This document shows, one piece after another, positions 39,150-48,957 of a stretch of 64,000 nt of DNA. The stretch is from Deferribacterales bacterium (lineage in GTDB: Bacteria > Chrysiogenota > Deferribacteres > Deferribacterales > Geovibrionaceae). Positions within the stretch are counted from its first letter, which is position 1; every line of letters begins with the position of its first letter. The position numbers were made by a program, and so were the translations under genes. The notes below the pieces were generated by a model. The model worked only from the letters and a program-made list of their open reading frames with translations, was not told where the DNA came from and ran no database searches. Location: contig JBFWLW010000006.1 in NCBI GenBank assembly GCA_050251945.1, positions 1-64,000 on the forward strand. The letters are read 5' to 3'.

Positions 39150-40171
39150 TTCACACCCTCAATCTCCACTTCGCCTGTGGATGTTACACTGCCTATGACA
39201 GCCGCGTCGTCCAGAAGTTTTATAATTTTATCCGCTTCGGATTTCTCAACGGCAATGATAAAGCCGACGCCCATGTTGAAAACTCTGTAAAGTTCTTTGG
39301 GCGCGACATTTGATCTGTCGAGTATGAATTTATATATTTCGGGCAGTTTGAAGGTTTTCGGGTCAATTTTACACCCTGTGCCTTCGGGAAGCACTCTGGG
39401 AATATTGTCGTAAAATCCGCCGCCTGTGATATGCACCATACCTTTGATGTCGATGCCTTCTGCAAGCAGTTTCATAATATGAGGAACGTATATTTTTGTG
39501 GGGACGAGAAGAGCGTTCTTAAGCTTCGTATCTCCGTATACAACGTCATCGGGTTTCATGTTAAGGCTGTCGAAAAACAGCTTGCGCGCCAATGAAAAAC
39601 CATTGCTGTGAAGACCGCTGGATGATATTCCCACCAGCACGTCGCCCGCCTTTATGCGTTCGCCTGTGATAGCCTTTGGCTTGTCCAGTATACCCACTGC
39701 GAATCCTGCAAGGTCGAAATCATCGCCCGCATACATTCCGGGCATCTCCGCAGTTTCTCCGCCCACAAGAGGACAGTCTGATATGCGGCAGCCCTCGGCA
39801 ATTCCTTTGACAACTTCCGCCATCTTCTCGGCAGAAAGTTTGCCTGTCGCCATATAATCCAGAAAGAACAGCGGTTTTGCGCCTGTCACTATGATATCGT
39901 TTACGCACATTGCAACAAGGTCAACGCCAACCGTGTCAAGTATATTCGTGTCTATAGCCACTTTCAGTTTTGTTCCCACTCCGTCGGTTCCCGACACAAG
40001 AACGGGATGCTCCATGTCCTTCATACAGGACACGTCAAAAAATCCGGCGAATCCGCCGATGCTTCCAAGCACGTTTTTATTGTATGTGGACTCAACCGTC
40101 TTTTTTATAACCGATACAAAACGGTTGCCCTCGTCGATATCCACTCCGCTTGATTTGTAATCCAGAGACAC
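39146..40171 (-). CDS. purM: AIR synthetase
   Basis: DGVGTK, GGETAEMP, HSNG and FNMGVG motifs. Confidence 0.97.
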   Translation of the reverse strand: MSLDYKSSGVDIDEGNRFVSVIKKTVESTYNKNVLGSIGGFAGFFDVSCMKDMEHPVLVSGTDGVGTKLKVAIDTNILDTVGVDLVAMCVNDIIVTGAKPLFFLDYMATGKLSAEKMAEVVKGIAEGCRISDCPLVGGETAEMPGMYAGDDFDLAGFAVGILDKPKAITGERIKAGDVLVGISSSGLHSNGFSLARKLFFDSLNMKPDDVVYGDTKLKNALLVPTKIYVPHIMKLLAEGIDIKGMVHITGGGFYDNIPRVLPEGTGCKIDPKTFKLPEIYKFILDRSNVAPKELYRVFNMGVGFIIAVEKSEADKIIKLLDDAAVIGSVTSTGEVEIEGVN

Positions 40172-40180
40172 ACTCTCCCC

Positions 40181-41668
40181 CTATTTTCCTTTTACAAGTC
40201 TTTCTATCTCTTTTCTGATGGCGCGCTCCACAAGAACGGGAAGCTCTTCCTCCAGAATACGGGTTATCTTATCTGTAAGAACCTCTTTGATGGCAAATTT
40301 CAGAGTGTCCTCGTCAATCGCCTCGTACACCGCCTCAACAAGTTTTTCCTCGCTGATGCGCAGCAGCGGTTCAGGGTCTATATCCTTCGGTTCAGCCGGC
40401 ATAAATGGTTCCGGTTCATCCGCAGGTTCTTCATCCGCAGGTATATCGGCAGGAGCATCATCCGATCCGATGGGTGCCTCCACCTGCTCTTCCATAACGT
40501 CACTGAGCGAAAGCTCAGCCTGAATATCGGTCAGAACGGTTTCAACCGTCTCGTCCAGTGCCTCTTCCGCATCGTTCAACGTCGCGTCGGCATGCGTCAC
40601 ATCTTCTGAAATGTGTTCTTCGTTTATACCGTCGAGAATGTTGTCAAGCTCGTCCCCTTCCTGTTCCTCAAGCTCGATGAACAGATTCTCCTGTTCATCA
40701 TCCGTCAGTTCGTTGTCCTGTTCAAGCACAACCTCAACAGGTTCCTCCTGTTCCGCTTCTTTCTCCTCAGGGGGGTTCTCGTCAACCTCGACCAGCCCTT
40801 CAAATGAATCATGAGGTTCAGATTCAGACTGTTCAGGTTCATCTTTTATAATTTCTTCCGGCTCGGGGGTTGCCATTGCAAGCTCCGCCGCCAGTCTCTC
40901 TTCTTCTTTTCTGAGTTCCTCTTCGGCGAGAATCTGGTCTTCGTCAACCTCTATCAACCCGTCAAATGCACTGGAGGAAGGTGCCGCCGAACGCGCTATA
41001 TCAGAAAGGGCGTCCTCAGCAACCGACGGCATTTCAACGTTTGTCACAGGATGCACCTGCACAGGCTCGTCAAACACAGGTTCTTCAAAAACCGGTTCTT
41101 CATGTATTTCGGGTTCCGTATGCACAGTTTTTTCTTCAGCAAGCTCTTCGGGAAGAGTTATATCCTCAACGGCAACGGGGAGTTCTTCCTCTTTGGGTTC
41201 CTCCTCCGTGAGCATCATCTCCATCTCTTCGGGGACATCGGTCATTGCCGCAGCAAGTTCCTCATCTGTAGGCGTTTCCGAGATGTCGAGGGTTTCATGA
41301 CGCGGCGCGCCTCTGAATCCGCTGGCTATCTTTTCTTCAAGGGTTTTCGCATCGAAAGGTTTATATATGAAATCGTCTGCGCCGACTATATGGCAGAGAT
41401 TGCTGTCGAACTGGTCAAAAGCGCCTGTGAGCAGGATTATCACAACATTTCCGGCTGCTCCGCGAAGAGCCGCTATCATGTCTTTTGAAGTTATGTCGCC
41501 TAGTTTGTTGTCCAGAAGGATCAGGTCGGGTTTTTCAGTTTTGATATGACTCAGAGATTCTTCTTTGCTGAATACCTTGACAACATCGTATTTTTCCTTG
41601 TCCAGACAAAGGTCTATGACCCTGTGGATGGTGACGCTGTCGTCTACGAGCATTATTCTCTTCTTCAT
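40181..41668 (-). CDS. Response regulator with long acidic linker and helical C-terminus (RomR/PopZ-like)
   Basis: Receiver domain (VDDS, LILLD, KPF), Glu/Pro-rich middle, LPVLVERAIRKEIERL tail. Confidence 0.75.
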   Translation of the reverse strand: MKKRIMLVDDSVTIHRVIDLCLDKEKYDVVKVFSKEESLSHIKTEKPDLILLDNKLGDITSKDMIAALRGAAGNVVIILLTGAFDQFDSNLCHIVGADDFIYKPFDAKTLEEKIASGFRGAPRHETLDISETPTDEELAAAMTDVPEEMEMMLTEEEPKEEELPVAVEDITLPEELAEEKTVHTEPEIHEEPVFEEPVFDEPVQVHPVTNVEMPSVAEDALSDIARSAAPSSSAFDGLIEVDEDQILAEEELRKEEERLAAELAMATPEPEEIIKDEPEQSESEPHDSFEGLVEVDENPPEEKEAEQEEPVEVVLEQDNELTDDEQENLFIELEEQEGDELDNILDGINEEHISEDVTHADATLNDAEEALDETVETVLTDIQAELSLSDVMEEQVEAPIGSDDAPADIPADEEPADEPEPFMPAEPKDIDPEPLLRISEEKLVEAVYEAIDEDTLKFAIKEVLTDKITRILEEELPVLVERAIRKEIERLVKGK

Positions 41669-41764
41669 AAAGCACCCCTGACCGATTGATTCACAATTCA
41701 CCGCTTCAGAAAACCTGACAAATCATGATAACATCATAATGCTGATTAATCAACGGATTAAGGC

Positions 41765-42259
41765 TTATCTGCACTCCATTTCGGGCTTGCCGAAACGCTC
41801 GATGATCCGCTTGTTCACACATGCGGGAACAAACTGCGCAACATCGCCTGCGTGCATGGCAACCTCGCGTATGGTGCTTGAGCTTAAGAAGATGTGTTTT
41901 TCAGTTGGCATAAGAAAGACGCTTTCGCAGTCGGGATCCATATTTCTGTTCATGAGGGCAAGCTGAAACTCAAATTCAAAGTCGCTCACCGCGCGCAGAC
42001 CGCGCACAACGACGGTTGCTTTGTGTTTCTTAAGAAAGTTCACCAGCAGACAGGTGAAAGGCACAACGGTGACCTGCGGCATATGTCTCATGGCTTCTTT
42101 CGCCATCTCAACTCTCTCGTCCAGAGAGAACGCAGTCTCCTTTTTCTTATTCTCGGACACGGCAAGAATGACATTGCCGAACAGATTCACCGCCCGTTCA
42201 ACAATATCCACATGCCCGTTTGTCATCGGGTCGAATGTCCCGGGATAGACTGCAATCAT
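41765..42259 (-). CDS. coaD: Phosphopantetheine adenylyltransferase
   Basis: YPGTFDPMTNGH and RGLRAVSDFEFE motifs. Confidence 0.97.
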   Translation of the reverse strand: MIAVYPGTFDPMTNGHVDIVERAVNLFGNVILAVSENKKKETAFSLDERVEMAKEAMRHMPQVTVVPFTCLLVNFLKKHKATVVVRGLRAVSDFEFEFQLALMNRNMDPDCESVFLMPTEKHIFLSSSTIREVAMHAGDVAQFVPACVNKRIIERFGKPEMECR

Positions 42260-42795
42260 TTGTCACCGCCGCCTGATGCGATATAATATATTTTCGTATC
42301 GCCGTATTTTTTCTCATTCTCTATAAAAAAGTCTGTATTTGCAACATCAAATGGTGAACGGAAGCTCTCTTCAAAGACAATAGTTCCGCCATCTGCCAGA
42401 AGCCCGCCGTCTGCTATCATACCCAAAAGCTCCGCAGGTGCGTATTTCCCATATGGCGGGTCGATGAAGATAATGTCAAATTTTCCTGAAATCGTCGGGA
42501 GGATTTTTATAACGTCGCCTTTTATGACATCTGTGCTGTCTTCCATATCTCTGATATTCTTCTTAACAAATGTGACATCGGTATCCACAAAAACGGCTTT
42601 GTCAGCGCCGCGGCTTATCGCCTCTATGCCGTATGAACCAGTTCCGCAGAAAAGGTCGAGAACGTGAGCTCCCTCAACAGCATCGAAAAGAACGGAAAAC
42701 ACCGCGTTGCGAACCTTATCCGTTGTGGGACGAACCGACAAGTCTTTCGGCGTGAAAAGCTGCCTGCCTTTGAATGTACCGCTTATAATTCTCAA
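42256..42795 (-). CDS. rsmD: 16S rRNA m2G966 methyltransferase
   Basis: MRIISG, RPTTD, DLFCGTG and DPPY motifs. Confidence 0.93.
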   Translation of the reverse strand: MRIISGTFKGRQLFTPKDLSVRPTTDKVRNAVFSVLFDAVEGAHVLDLFCGTGSYGIEAISRGADKAVFVDTDVTFVKKNIRDMEDSTDVIKGDVIKILPTISGKFDIIFIDPPYGKYAPAELLGMIADGGLLADGGTIVFEESFRSPFDVANTDFFIENEKKYGDTKIYYIASGGGDK

Positions 42796-43741
42796 CTTCA
42801 GTTATCCTCTTGCATATAGATCTGATATCGGGCTTTGCGCCCTCTTTTATCTCAAGTCTGCCCTCACAGGCTTCTCTGTTATATCCGTTATAACCGTATG
42901 CAGTGTTTATGTATTTTCTGTCCAGAGCCAGATTATGCCCCAAACCGAGGTAGATGGCAACGGCAATTGTTTTCGCCATGTCGCCTGTCGCCGGATGGTA
43001 TTCCCCGGCGGCTATCTGCTCCTGCATACTCTGTGCATCCTGCAAACCGATGCGGATCACCTCGATATCCGCCGCTTCAAACAATATAAGACCATACGCA
43101 CAGCGCGCCAGCGTCTCGGCAAGAGGTAAGCAGACGTGTTCGCCCGACTGCCAGAGAGAATGGAGTTCAGTATCTTCCAGCACAACACATGGGTATATGC
43201 GCACATATTCAGGTTTTAAACCCAGTACAGTTCCAACCGTAACATCGAAGCTGTAGAAATTCTCGCCGTACATGCCAGTCATTATCTGCGCGGAAAGATT
43301 TTTAATATGTTTTTTAACCGTGTGAAGCGATTGAATGGTCTCTTCTGCACCGCAAGGACGTTTATTAAGCCTCAGGACTTCATCATCAAGGCTCTGTACT
43401 CCGATCTCTACTGTCTCCACACCGTTCGCCTTTGCCTCTGCCATGTTCATGTCGGTGACACAGTCGGGGCTGGTTGAAAACCGCAGTTTTGTAAATCCAT
43501 ACCCGTGAGCAATGGAATACAGCCTCCTCCTAAGTTCCTCGGGCAGGCAGGTAAAGCTTCCGCCATAGTAGGCAAGCTCATCCCAGCTACCTGATATATC
43601 AAGATATTTTTTTATCTGTTGTTCAACCGATGAAATAATCTCAGAAGGATTTTGACCTGTGATAGAATTTTGACTGCAATAGATGCATCTTTGTCTGCAT
43701 CCGGCGAAAGGAATGAATACCGGAAGGATCCTATTTTTCAT
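42716..43741 (-). CDS. Radical SAM protein (Elp3/YhcC-like)
   Basis: PVFIPFAGCRQRCIYCSQ, EIGVQS and IRIGLQ motifs; downstream of rnc. Confidence 0.8.
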   Translation of the reverse strand: MKNRILPVFIPFAGCRQRCIYCSQNSITGQNPSEIISSVEQQIKKYLDISGSWDELAYYGGSFTCLPEELRRRLYSIAHGYGFTKLRFSTSPDCVTDMNMAEAKANGVETVEIGVQSLDDEVLRLNKRPCGAEETIQSLHTVKKHIKNLSAQIMTGMYGENFYSFDVTVGTVLGLKPEYVRIYPCVVLEDTELHSLWQSGEHVCLPLAETLARCAYGLILFEAADIEVIRIGLQDAQSMQEQIAAGEYHPATGDMAKTIAVAIYLGLGHNLALDRKYINTAYGYNGYNREACEGRLEIKEGAKPDIRSICKRITEVENYKRYIQRQAAFHAERLVGSSHNG

Positions 43742-44435
43742 TACCCAGTTTCTTGAGCGCTTTTGCGGCTGCCGCTTTCTCCGCGTTCTTTTTTGTCTTT
43801 CCCTTGCCATCTTCGGTGACAAGCCCTTCCACATGCACGCGCACGAGGAATATCTTATCGTGTTCAGGACCGGATTCATCCAGAACCGTGTATTCCGGCA
43901 GGGTTCCGAACTGCCGCTGGGTTATCTTTTGCAGTTCGCTTTTGGAATCTATGAACGTACTGTTTGAGATATCTTCGTCAATCCTTGTGCCGAAATGTTC
44001 GATGATGATCTTGCGCGCTTCGTCGTATCCGCCGTCAAGATAGATCGCCGCCACCACTGATTCAAAGATGTCGCAGAGGAGCGATTCCTTATATTTGCCG
44101 CCGGACGCTTTTTCACCTTTGCCAAGAAGGATATGATCCCCAAGCTCCATCTCTGTTGCCACTTTGCTCAGGAATCCTTCGCTGACGAAAAAGCCCCGAA
44201 GTTTTGAGAGAAGTCCCTCGTCATAGTCCTTGTATCTGTCCAGAAGATACTCTGTGACTATCAGCTGAAGTACCGCATCGCCCAAAAATTCGAGCCGTTC
44301 ATAGTTTTTGTTGTTCTTCTTCTCATGGGCGTAAGATCTGTGTGTCAGAGCTTCCAACACCACAGATCTGTCGCCAAAGCTGTAACCTAGCTTATGTTCG
44401 AGAGTTTCGATATCCGAACTCAGCTTTTTATTCAT
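43731..44435 (-). CDS. rnc: Ribonuclease III
   Basis: NYERLEFLGDAVL; C-terminal dsRBD. Confidence 0.97.
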   Translation of the reverse strand: MNKKLSSDIETLEHKLGYSFGDRSVVLEALTHRSYAHEKKNNKNYERLEFLGDAVLQLIVTEYLLDRYKDYDEGLLSKLRGFFVSEGFLSKVATEMELGDHILLGKGEKASGGKYKESLLCDIFESVVAAIYLDGGYDEARKIIIEHFGTRIDEDISNSTFIDSKSELQKITQRQFGTLPEYTVLDESGPEHDKIFLVRVHVEGLVTEDGKGKTKKNAEKAAAAKALKKLGNEK

Positions 44436-45675
44436 ATTTCTTAAATATCAATGTACCGTTTGTCCCGCCGAACCCAAACGAGTTGCTGAGCGCGTATTTG
44501 AAATCGCATTTCTCAGGTTTGTTGGGAACATAGTAGAGATCGCAGTCGGGATCAGGGTTGGTGTAGTTTATTGTGGGGGGCAGTATTCCCTTTTCCAGTG
44601 CCATACAGCAATAGATAGCCTCAACAGAACCGGCAGCACCGAGAAGGTGACCTGTCATGGACTTTGTTGAGCTTATTTTGACCTTTTTCGCATAGTCGCC
44701 GAAAACTTTTTTAACGGCAAGAGTTTCTATCTTATCGTTAAAAGGAGTGGACGTTCCGTGCGCGTTGATATAACCGATGTCTTCGGGTTTCAGACCTGCA
44801 TCTGCAAGAGCAGCCTGCATACATCTCATGGCGCCGTCGCCTGTTTCATCAGGTGCAGTCATGTGATATGCATCGGCAGACGCGCCGTATCCTGCAAATT
44901 CACCATATATTTTAGCGCCTCTTGCCATAGCGTGTTCGTATGACTCAAGGAGCATAATGCCGCATCCTTCGCCAATAACAAAACCGTCACGGTCAGTGTC
45001 GAAGGGACGTGATGCCTTTTCGGGGTCGTCGTTCCTGCGTGAAAGAGCCTTCATGTTGGCAAAACCGCCGATAGAGAGTGATGTGATGGCGCTCTCCGTT
45101 CCGCCGGCAAGCATAACATCGGCATAACCGTGCTGTATAAGTCTTGCAGCTTCGCCCACAGAATGGGTTCCGGTTGTACAAGCCGTAACAAGGCTGAAGT
45201 TGGGTCCTTTGAATCCGAATTCAATAGAAACCGCACCGCTCGCCATGTTTATAATAGACGTAGGGATGAAAAAGGGTGAAATCTTTTTAACGCCTTTCGC
45301 GTCAAAGTCTCTTGTTGTGTCTTCAATAGCTTTGAAACCGCCGATGCCTGAACCGATGTGAGTGCCGCATCTGGTGAGGTCGGCCTTTTCCAAATCGAAG
45401 TTCGCCATTTTCACAGCGATAGCTGAAGCAGCGATGGCAAAAATTACGAACTGTTCGTGCCTTTTGACAGCTTTCATGTCTTTAACATACAGGGCGGCGT
45501 CAAAATCGTCCACTACGCCTGCAAACTTGACAGGAAGTTCTTCCGTGTTCAGTCTTTCCGCAGGGATATATTTGATTCCGCTCTTACCGTTCATAAGAGC
45601 TTCCCAGTTTTTCTCGTTTCCGCTGCCGAGGGGCGTTACAAGCCCGTAGCCTGTTACAACTACTCTTCTCTTCAC
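44428..45675 (-). CDS. fabF: Beta-ketoacyl-ACP synthase II
   Basis: TACTTG, NAHGTST, GHLLGAAG and SFGFGG motifs. Confidence 0.96.
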   Translation of the reverse strand: MKRRVVVTGYGLVTPLGSGNEKNWEALMNGKSGIKYIPAERLNTEELPVKFAGVVDDFDAALYVKDMKAVKRHEQFVIFAIAASAIAVKMANFDLEKADLTRCGTHIGSGIGGFKAIEDTTRDFDAKGVKKISPFFIPTSIINMASGAVSIEFGFKGPNFSLVTACTTGTHSVGEAARLIQHGYADVMLAGGTESAITSLSIGGFANMKALSRRNDDPEKASRPFDTDRDGFVIGEGCGIMLLESYEHAMARGAKIYGEFAGYGASADAYHMTAPDETGDGAMRCMQAALADAGLKPEDIGYINAHGTSTPFNDKIETLAVKKVFGDYAKKVKISSTKSMTGHLLGAAGSVEAIYCCMALEKGILPPTINYTNPDPDCDLYYVPNKPEKCDFKYALSNSFGFGGTNGTLIFKKYE

Positions 45676-45691
45676 AAAATCCTCCATTTAG

Positions 45692-45728
45692 AAAAGGTCG
45701 GGGGGACAACCTTAACGGAAATCCCCCC
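45692..45728 (-). terminator. Hairpin between acpP and fabF (possible partial terminator)
   Basis: G6/C6 stem followed by CCTTTT on the minus strand. Confidence 0.4.
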
Positions 45729-45749
45729 TCATCTGAATTATGATAAAAT

Positions 45750-45986
45750 TTACGCTTTTGCTTTTTCGATGTGAGAAATGGCATCGCCGACAGTTTTGAT
45801 CTTTTCTGCTTCCTCGTCCGGAATTTCAAGATCGAACTCTTCTTCAAAAGCCATGATAAGCTCAACAGTGTCAAGAGAGTCTGCGTCAAGGTCGTCTATG
45901 AAAGATGCGTCTTCTGTAACTGCGTCCGCATCAACATTAAGCTGCTCAACAATAATCTCTTTTACTTTAGCTGCGATATCTGACAT
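45750..45986 (-). CDS. acpP: Acyl carrier protein
   Basis: DSLDTVEL phosphopantetheine site. Confidence 0.97.
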   Translation of the reverse strand: MSDIAAKVKEIIVEQLNVDADAVTEDASFIDDLDADSLDTVELIMAFEEEFDLEIPDEEAEKIKTVGDAISHIEKAKA

Positions 45987-46016
45987 TTTCTGTCCTCCTA
46001 TGATCTCTTTAAAGAA

Positions 46017-46079
46017 TTATCTTCTTCTCATCACGTTGCATGTGTTATTTACTAAATATTGCGGCAGAAATCCAGTCAT
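46017..46079 (-). CDS. Possible 20-aa small ORF MTGFLPQYLVNNTCNVMRRR
   Basis: SD AAGGTGG 7 nt upstream of ATG; lies between fabG and acpP. Confidence 0.25.
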   Translation of the reverse strand: MTGFLPQYLVNNTCNVMRRR

Positions 46080-46120
46080 TTTAATTTCCACCTTATATAT
46101 AAGCTTCTTAAGAAGCTTTA

Positions 46121-46873
46121 TCACATATACATTCCGCCGTTGACGTGGATTGTCTGACCTGTGATATAGTCTGATGCCGGTGACGCAAGGAACATTACAG
46201 CCTCCGCAACGTCGTCTGCCTCGCCAAGTTCGCCAAGAGATATCTTCGCGAGCATAGCGTCGACAACGTCTTTGGGAAGTCCGTCTGTCATTGCGGTGCG
46301 GATGAAGCCGGGTGCAACAGCGTTAACTCTGATGCCGCGGCTTGCAAGTTCCTGTGCGGAAGTTTTTGTAAGACCGACAAGACCCGCTTTGCTCGCGGAA
46401 TAGTTTGCCTGTCCTGCGTTTCCGGAGAAACCCACCACGGAAGCGATGTTTACGATCTTTCCGTATCTTTTTTTCATCATGCCTTTAAGCGCGGCTTTCG
46501 TACAGATGAAAGCGCCTTTAAGGTTGATGTCGAGAACTCTCTCCCACTGCTCAACCTTCATACGCATAATGAGACCGTCCTGTGTTATCCCTGCGTTGTT
46601 CACAAGGATGTCCACAGCGCCGAGTTTCCCTTCAACCTCTTTGATCATCGCCTCAACGCTGTCCTCTTTGGACACGTCGGCAGCAAACGCAGCGGCTACG
46701 CCGCCTTTGTCTGTTATCTCTTTTACAACAGCTTCTGCATCCGCTTTGATATTAGCGATGTCGATATAGTTCACCGCAACTTTAGCGCCCTGTGCGGCCA
46801 TTTTAAGCGCGATGATGCGGCCGATGCCGCTGGAAGCGCCCGTTACCAGCGCTACTTTTCCTTCAAGTACCAT
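46121..46873 (-). CDS. fabG: 3-oxoacyl-ACP reductase
   Basis: TGASSGIG, NNAG and YSASK motifs. Confidence 0.96.
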   Translation of the reverse strand: MVLEGKVALVTGASSGIGRIIALKMAAQGAKVAVNYIDIANIKADAEAVVKEITDKGGVAAAFAADVSKEDSVEAMIKEVEGKLGAVDILVNNAGITQDGLIMRMKVEQWERVLDINLKGAFICTKAALKGMMKKRYGKIVNIASVVGFSGNAGQANYSASKAGLVGLTKTSAQELASRGIRVNAVAPGFIRTAMTDGLPKDVVDAMLAKISLGELGEADDVAEAVMFLASPASDYITGQTIHVNGGMYM

Positions 46874-46875
46874 GT

Positions 46876-47790
46876 TTACTCCGATAAATCCGCGACCTTG
46901 GAAACATTTTCCACGGTCACGTTCTTGTCTATTTTTTTGATGAGTCCCGCAAGAACCTGTCCTGCCCCCACCTCTATAAATCTGTCCACCCCTGAGTGTA
47001 CCATATTTTTTATCAGGGTTGTCCACAAAACTGCTCCGTCCACTTGTCTGCAAAGTGCATCGTAAACATCAGCAGCGGTTTTTTCTTCTTTTGCATCAGC
47101 GTTATTAAACACAGGCGTGTTCAGATCTTTTATGACTATGTTATTTTTAAGGTAATCTGCCATTTTTTCTCTGGCGGGTCTCATGAGCGAGCAGTGGAAG
47201 GGTGCGGAAACGGGGAGCAGAATCGCTCTTTTTGCCCCTTTTGCTTTTATCTTTTCGGAAAATTCTTCAACAGCCTCTTTATGTCCGGCTACTACTATCT
47301 GTCCCGGACAGTTAAAGTTTGCAGGTTCAACGACCTTAACGCCCGAAACCTCTTTGCAGGTCTCAACAACCGTTTCGTCGTCGATGCCCATCACCGCAGC
47401 CATGGCGCCAACGCCCACAGGCACGGCATCCTGCATAAATTTTCCTCTGTTGTGCACGGCAAGGACGCCTTCTTCAAAAGTGAAGCCGCCCGCGGCAACA
47501 ACCGCAGAATATTCACCAAGAGAGTGTCCGGCGAAATAATCCGCCTTAATTCTGTTCTTAAGCACTTCCCAGATACCAACACTCATAGTGAGCAGCGCGG
47601 GCTGGGTATTGTATGTAGTTTTAAGCTCCTCTTCGGAACCTTCAAACATTATCTTTGTCAGGCTGTAGCCAAGAGCCGAATCAGCCTTATCGAAAATCGC
47701 TTTTACTTCCGGCATGGCATCATAAAAATCTTTGCCCATGCCTACGAACTGCGACCCCTGTCCGGGGAAAACGACTGCTGTCTTACCCAT
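46876..47790 (-). CDS. fabD: Malonyl-CoA:ACP transacylase
   Basis: FPGQGSQ, GHSLGE and SAPFH motifs. Confidence 0.96.
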   Translation of the reverse strand: MGKTAVVFPGQGSQFVGMGKDFYDAMPEVKAIFDKADSALGYSLTKIMFEGSEEELKTTYNTQPALLTMSVGIWEVLKNRIKADYFAGHSLGEYSAVVAAGGFTFEEGVLAVHNRGKFMQDAVPVGVGAMAAVMGIDDETVVETCKEVSGVKVVEPANFNCPGQIVVAGHKEAVEEFSEKIKAKGAKRAILLPVSAPFHCSLMRPAREKMADYLKNNIVIKDLNTPVFNNADAKEEKTAADVYDALCRQVDGAVLWTTLIKNMVHSGVDRFIEVGAGQVLAGLIKKIDKNVTVENVSKVADLSE

Positions 47791-47810
47791 TATATATGTC
47801 TCCTTATATC

Positions 47811-47894
47811 TCCCCCTTTATAAAAGGGGGATTAAGGGGGATTTAATTAAGAAAATCCACCCCGACCCTCCTTTGCTAAAGGAGGGAGGGAAAT
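47811..47894. repeat. REP-like dyad, family B (CCCCCTTT..AAAGGGGGATTAAGGGGGAT)
   Basis: Near-identical to 50809-50897; fills the fabH-fabD intergenic region. Confidence 0.8.
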
Positions 47895-47896
47895 AA

Positions 47897-48874
47897 TCAG
47901 AACGTAAACGCCATGCTTCCCCATGTAAGCCCGCCGCCGAAAGCAGCCGAAACAACGTTATGACCCCGCTGTATGCGCCCGTCGCGGACAGCCTGATCAA
48001 GCGCCGTGGGGATTGTTGCCGCCGACGTGTTGCCATAGTTAGTAAGGTTAATTATTACCTTCTCTTTGTCAAGTCCAAGTCTCTTCGCAGCGGCGTCAAT
48101 GATACGCAGATTCGCCTGATGGGGGATCATCCAGTCTATCTGTTCGGATGAAAATCCCGCCGCATCCGCCGCTTCCTGAGCCGCATCCGCCATAGCGCGC
48201 ACGGCAATTTTAAAAACGTCGTTGCCCTTCATTTTTATCATGTGGTCAATAGCGGGTTCATTTATCATTTTTTTCAGATACTGTGATCCGAGGTTATCCT
48301 GTTTGAGAAGTTCGCCGTATTCCCCGTCCGCATAGTTGAATATGCTTCTGATGCCGGGTGTGGAATCAGCAGAGACAACGGCAGCACCAGCTCCGTCGCC
48401 GAATAAGATGCATGTGGATCTGTCGCGCCAGTCAACGCATGCGGTGAGATGTTCCGCACCGACGACCAGAATGTTTTTGGCGCTTCCTGAACGTATCATG
48501 CCGTCTGCGACACGCACCCCGTAAAGGAAACCTGAACATGCCGCGGCGAGGTCAAACGCCATGCACGTCTTTGCGCCGAGTTTATATTGAACCCTGCAAG
48601 CTGTTGAAGGCATTATAGTATCCGGTGAAAGAGTGGCAACTATGACAGCGTCGAGCTGATTAGCGTTCAGCCCGGCCATTTCCAGTGCTTTTTTACCTGC
48701 TTCCGCCGCCATATCGCTGCAGGATTCATCTTCCGCAACATGCCTCTGTTTGATGCCTGTGCGGCTGAAAATCCATTCGTCTGAAGTATCAAGAAATTGA
48801 GCGATATCGTCATTGGTCATTATTTTAGGAGGGAAATAGGAACCGGTTCCTGTGAATCTTGAATATATACTCAT
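47897..48874 (-). CDS. fabH: Beta-ketoacyl-ACP synthase III
   Basis: AACSGF, PHQAN and GNTSAA motifs. Confidence 0.96.
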   Translation of the reverse strand: MSIYSRFTGTGSYFPPKIMTNDDIAQFLDTSDEWIFSRTGIKQRHVAEDESCSDMAAEAGKKALEMAGLNANQLDAVIVATLSPDTIMPSTACRVQYKLGAKTCMAFDLAAACSGFLYGVRVADGMIRSGSAKNILVVGAEHLTACVDWRDRSTCILFGDGAGAAVVSADSTPGIRSIFNYADGEYGELLKQDNLGSQYLKKMINEPAIDHMIKMKGNDVFKIAVRAMADAAQEAADAAGFSSEQIDWMIPHQANLRIIDAAAKRLGLDKEKVIINLTNYGNTSAATIPTALDQAVRDGRIQRGHNVVSAAFGGGLTWGSMAFTF

Positions 48875-48957
48875 GCGCCACCTGAAAGTTCAGCAAAAAT
48901 TAATTAGTTACCATGTAGAACTTTTCGGGAACATTGTTCCAGAAACAGACATTTTTG

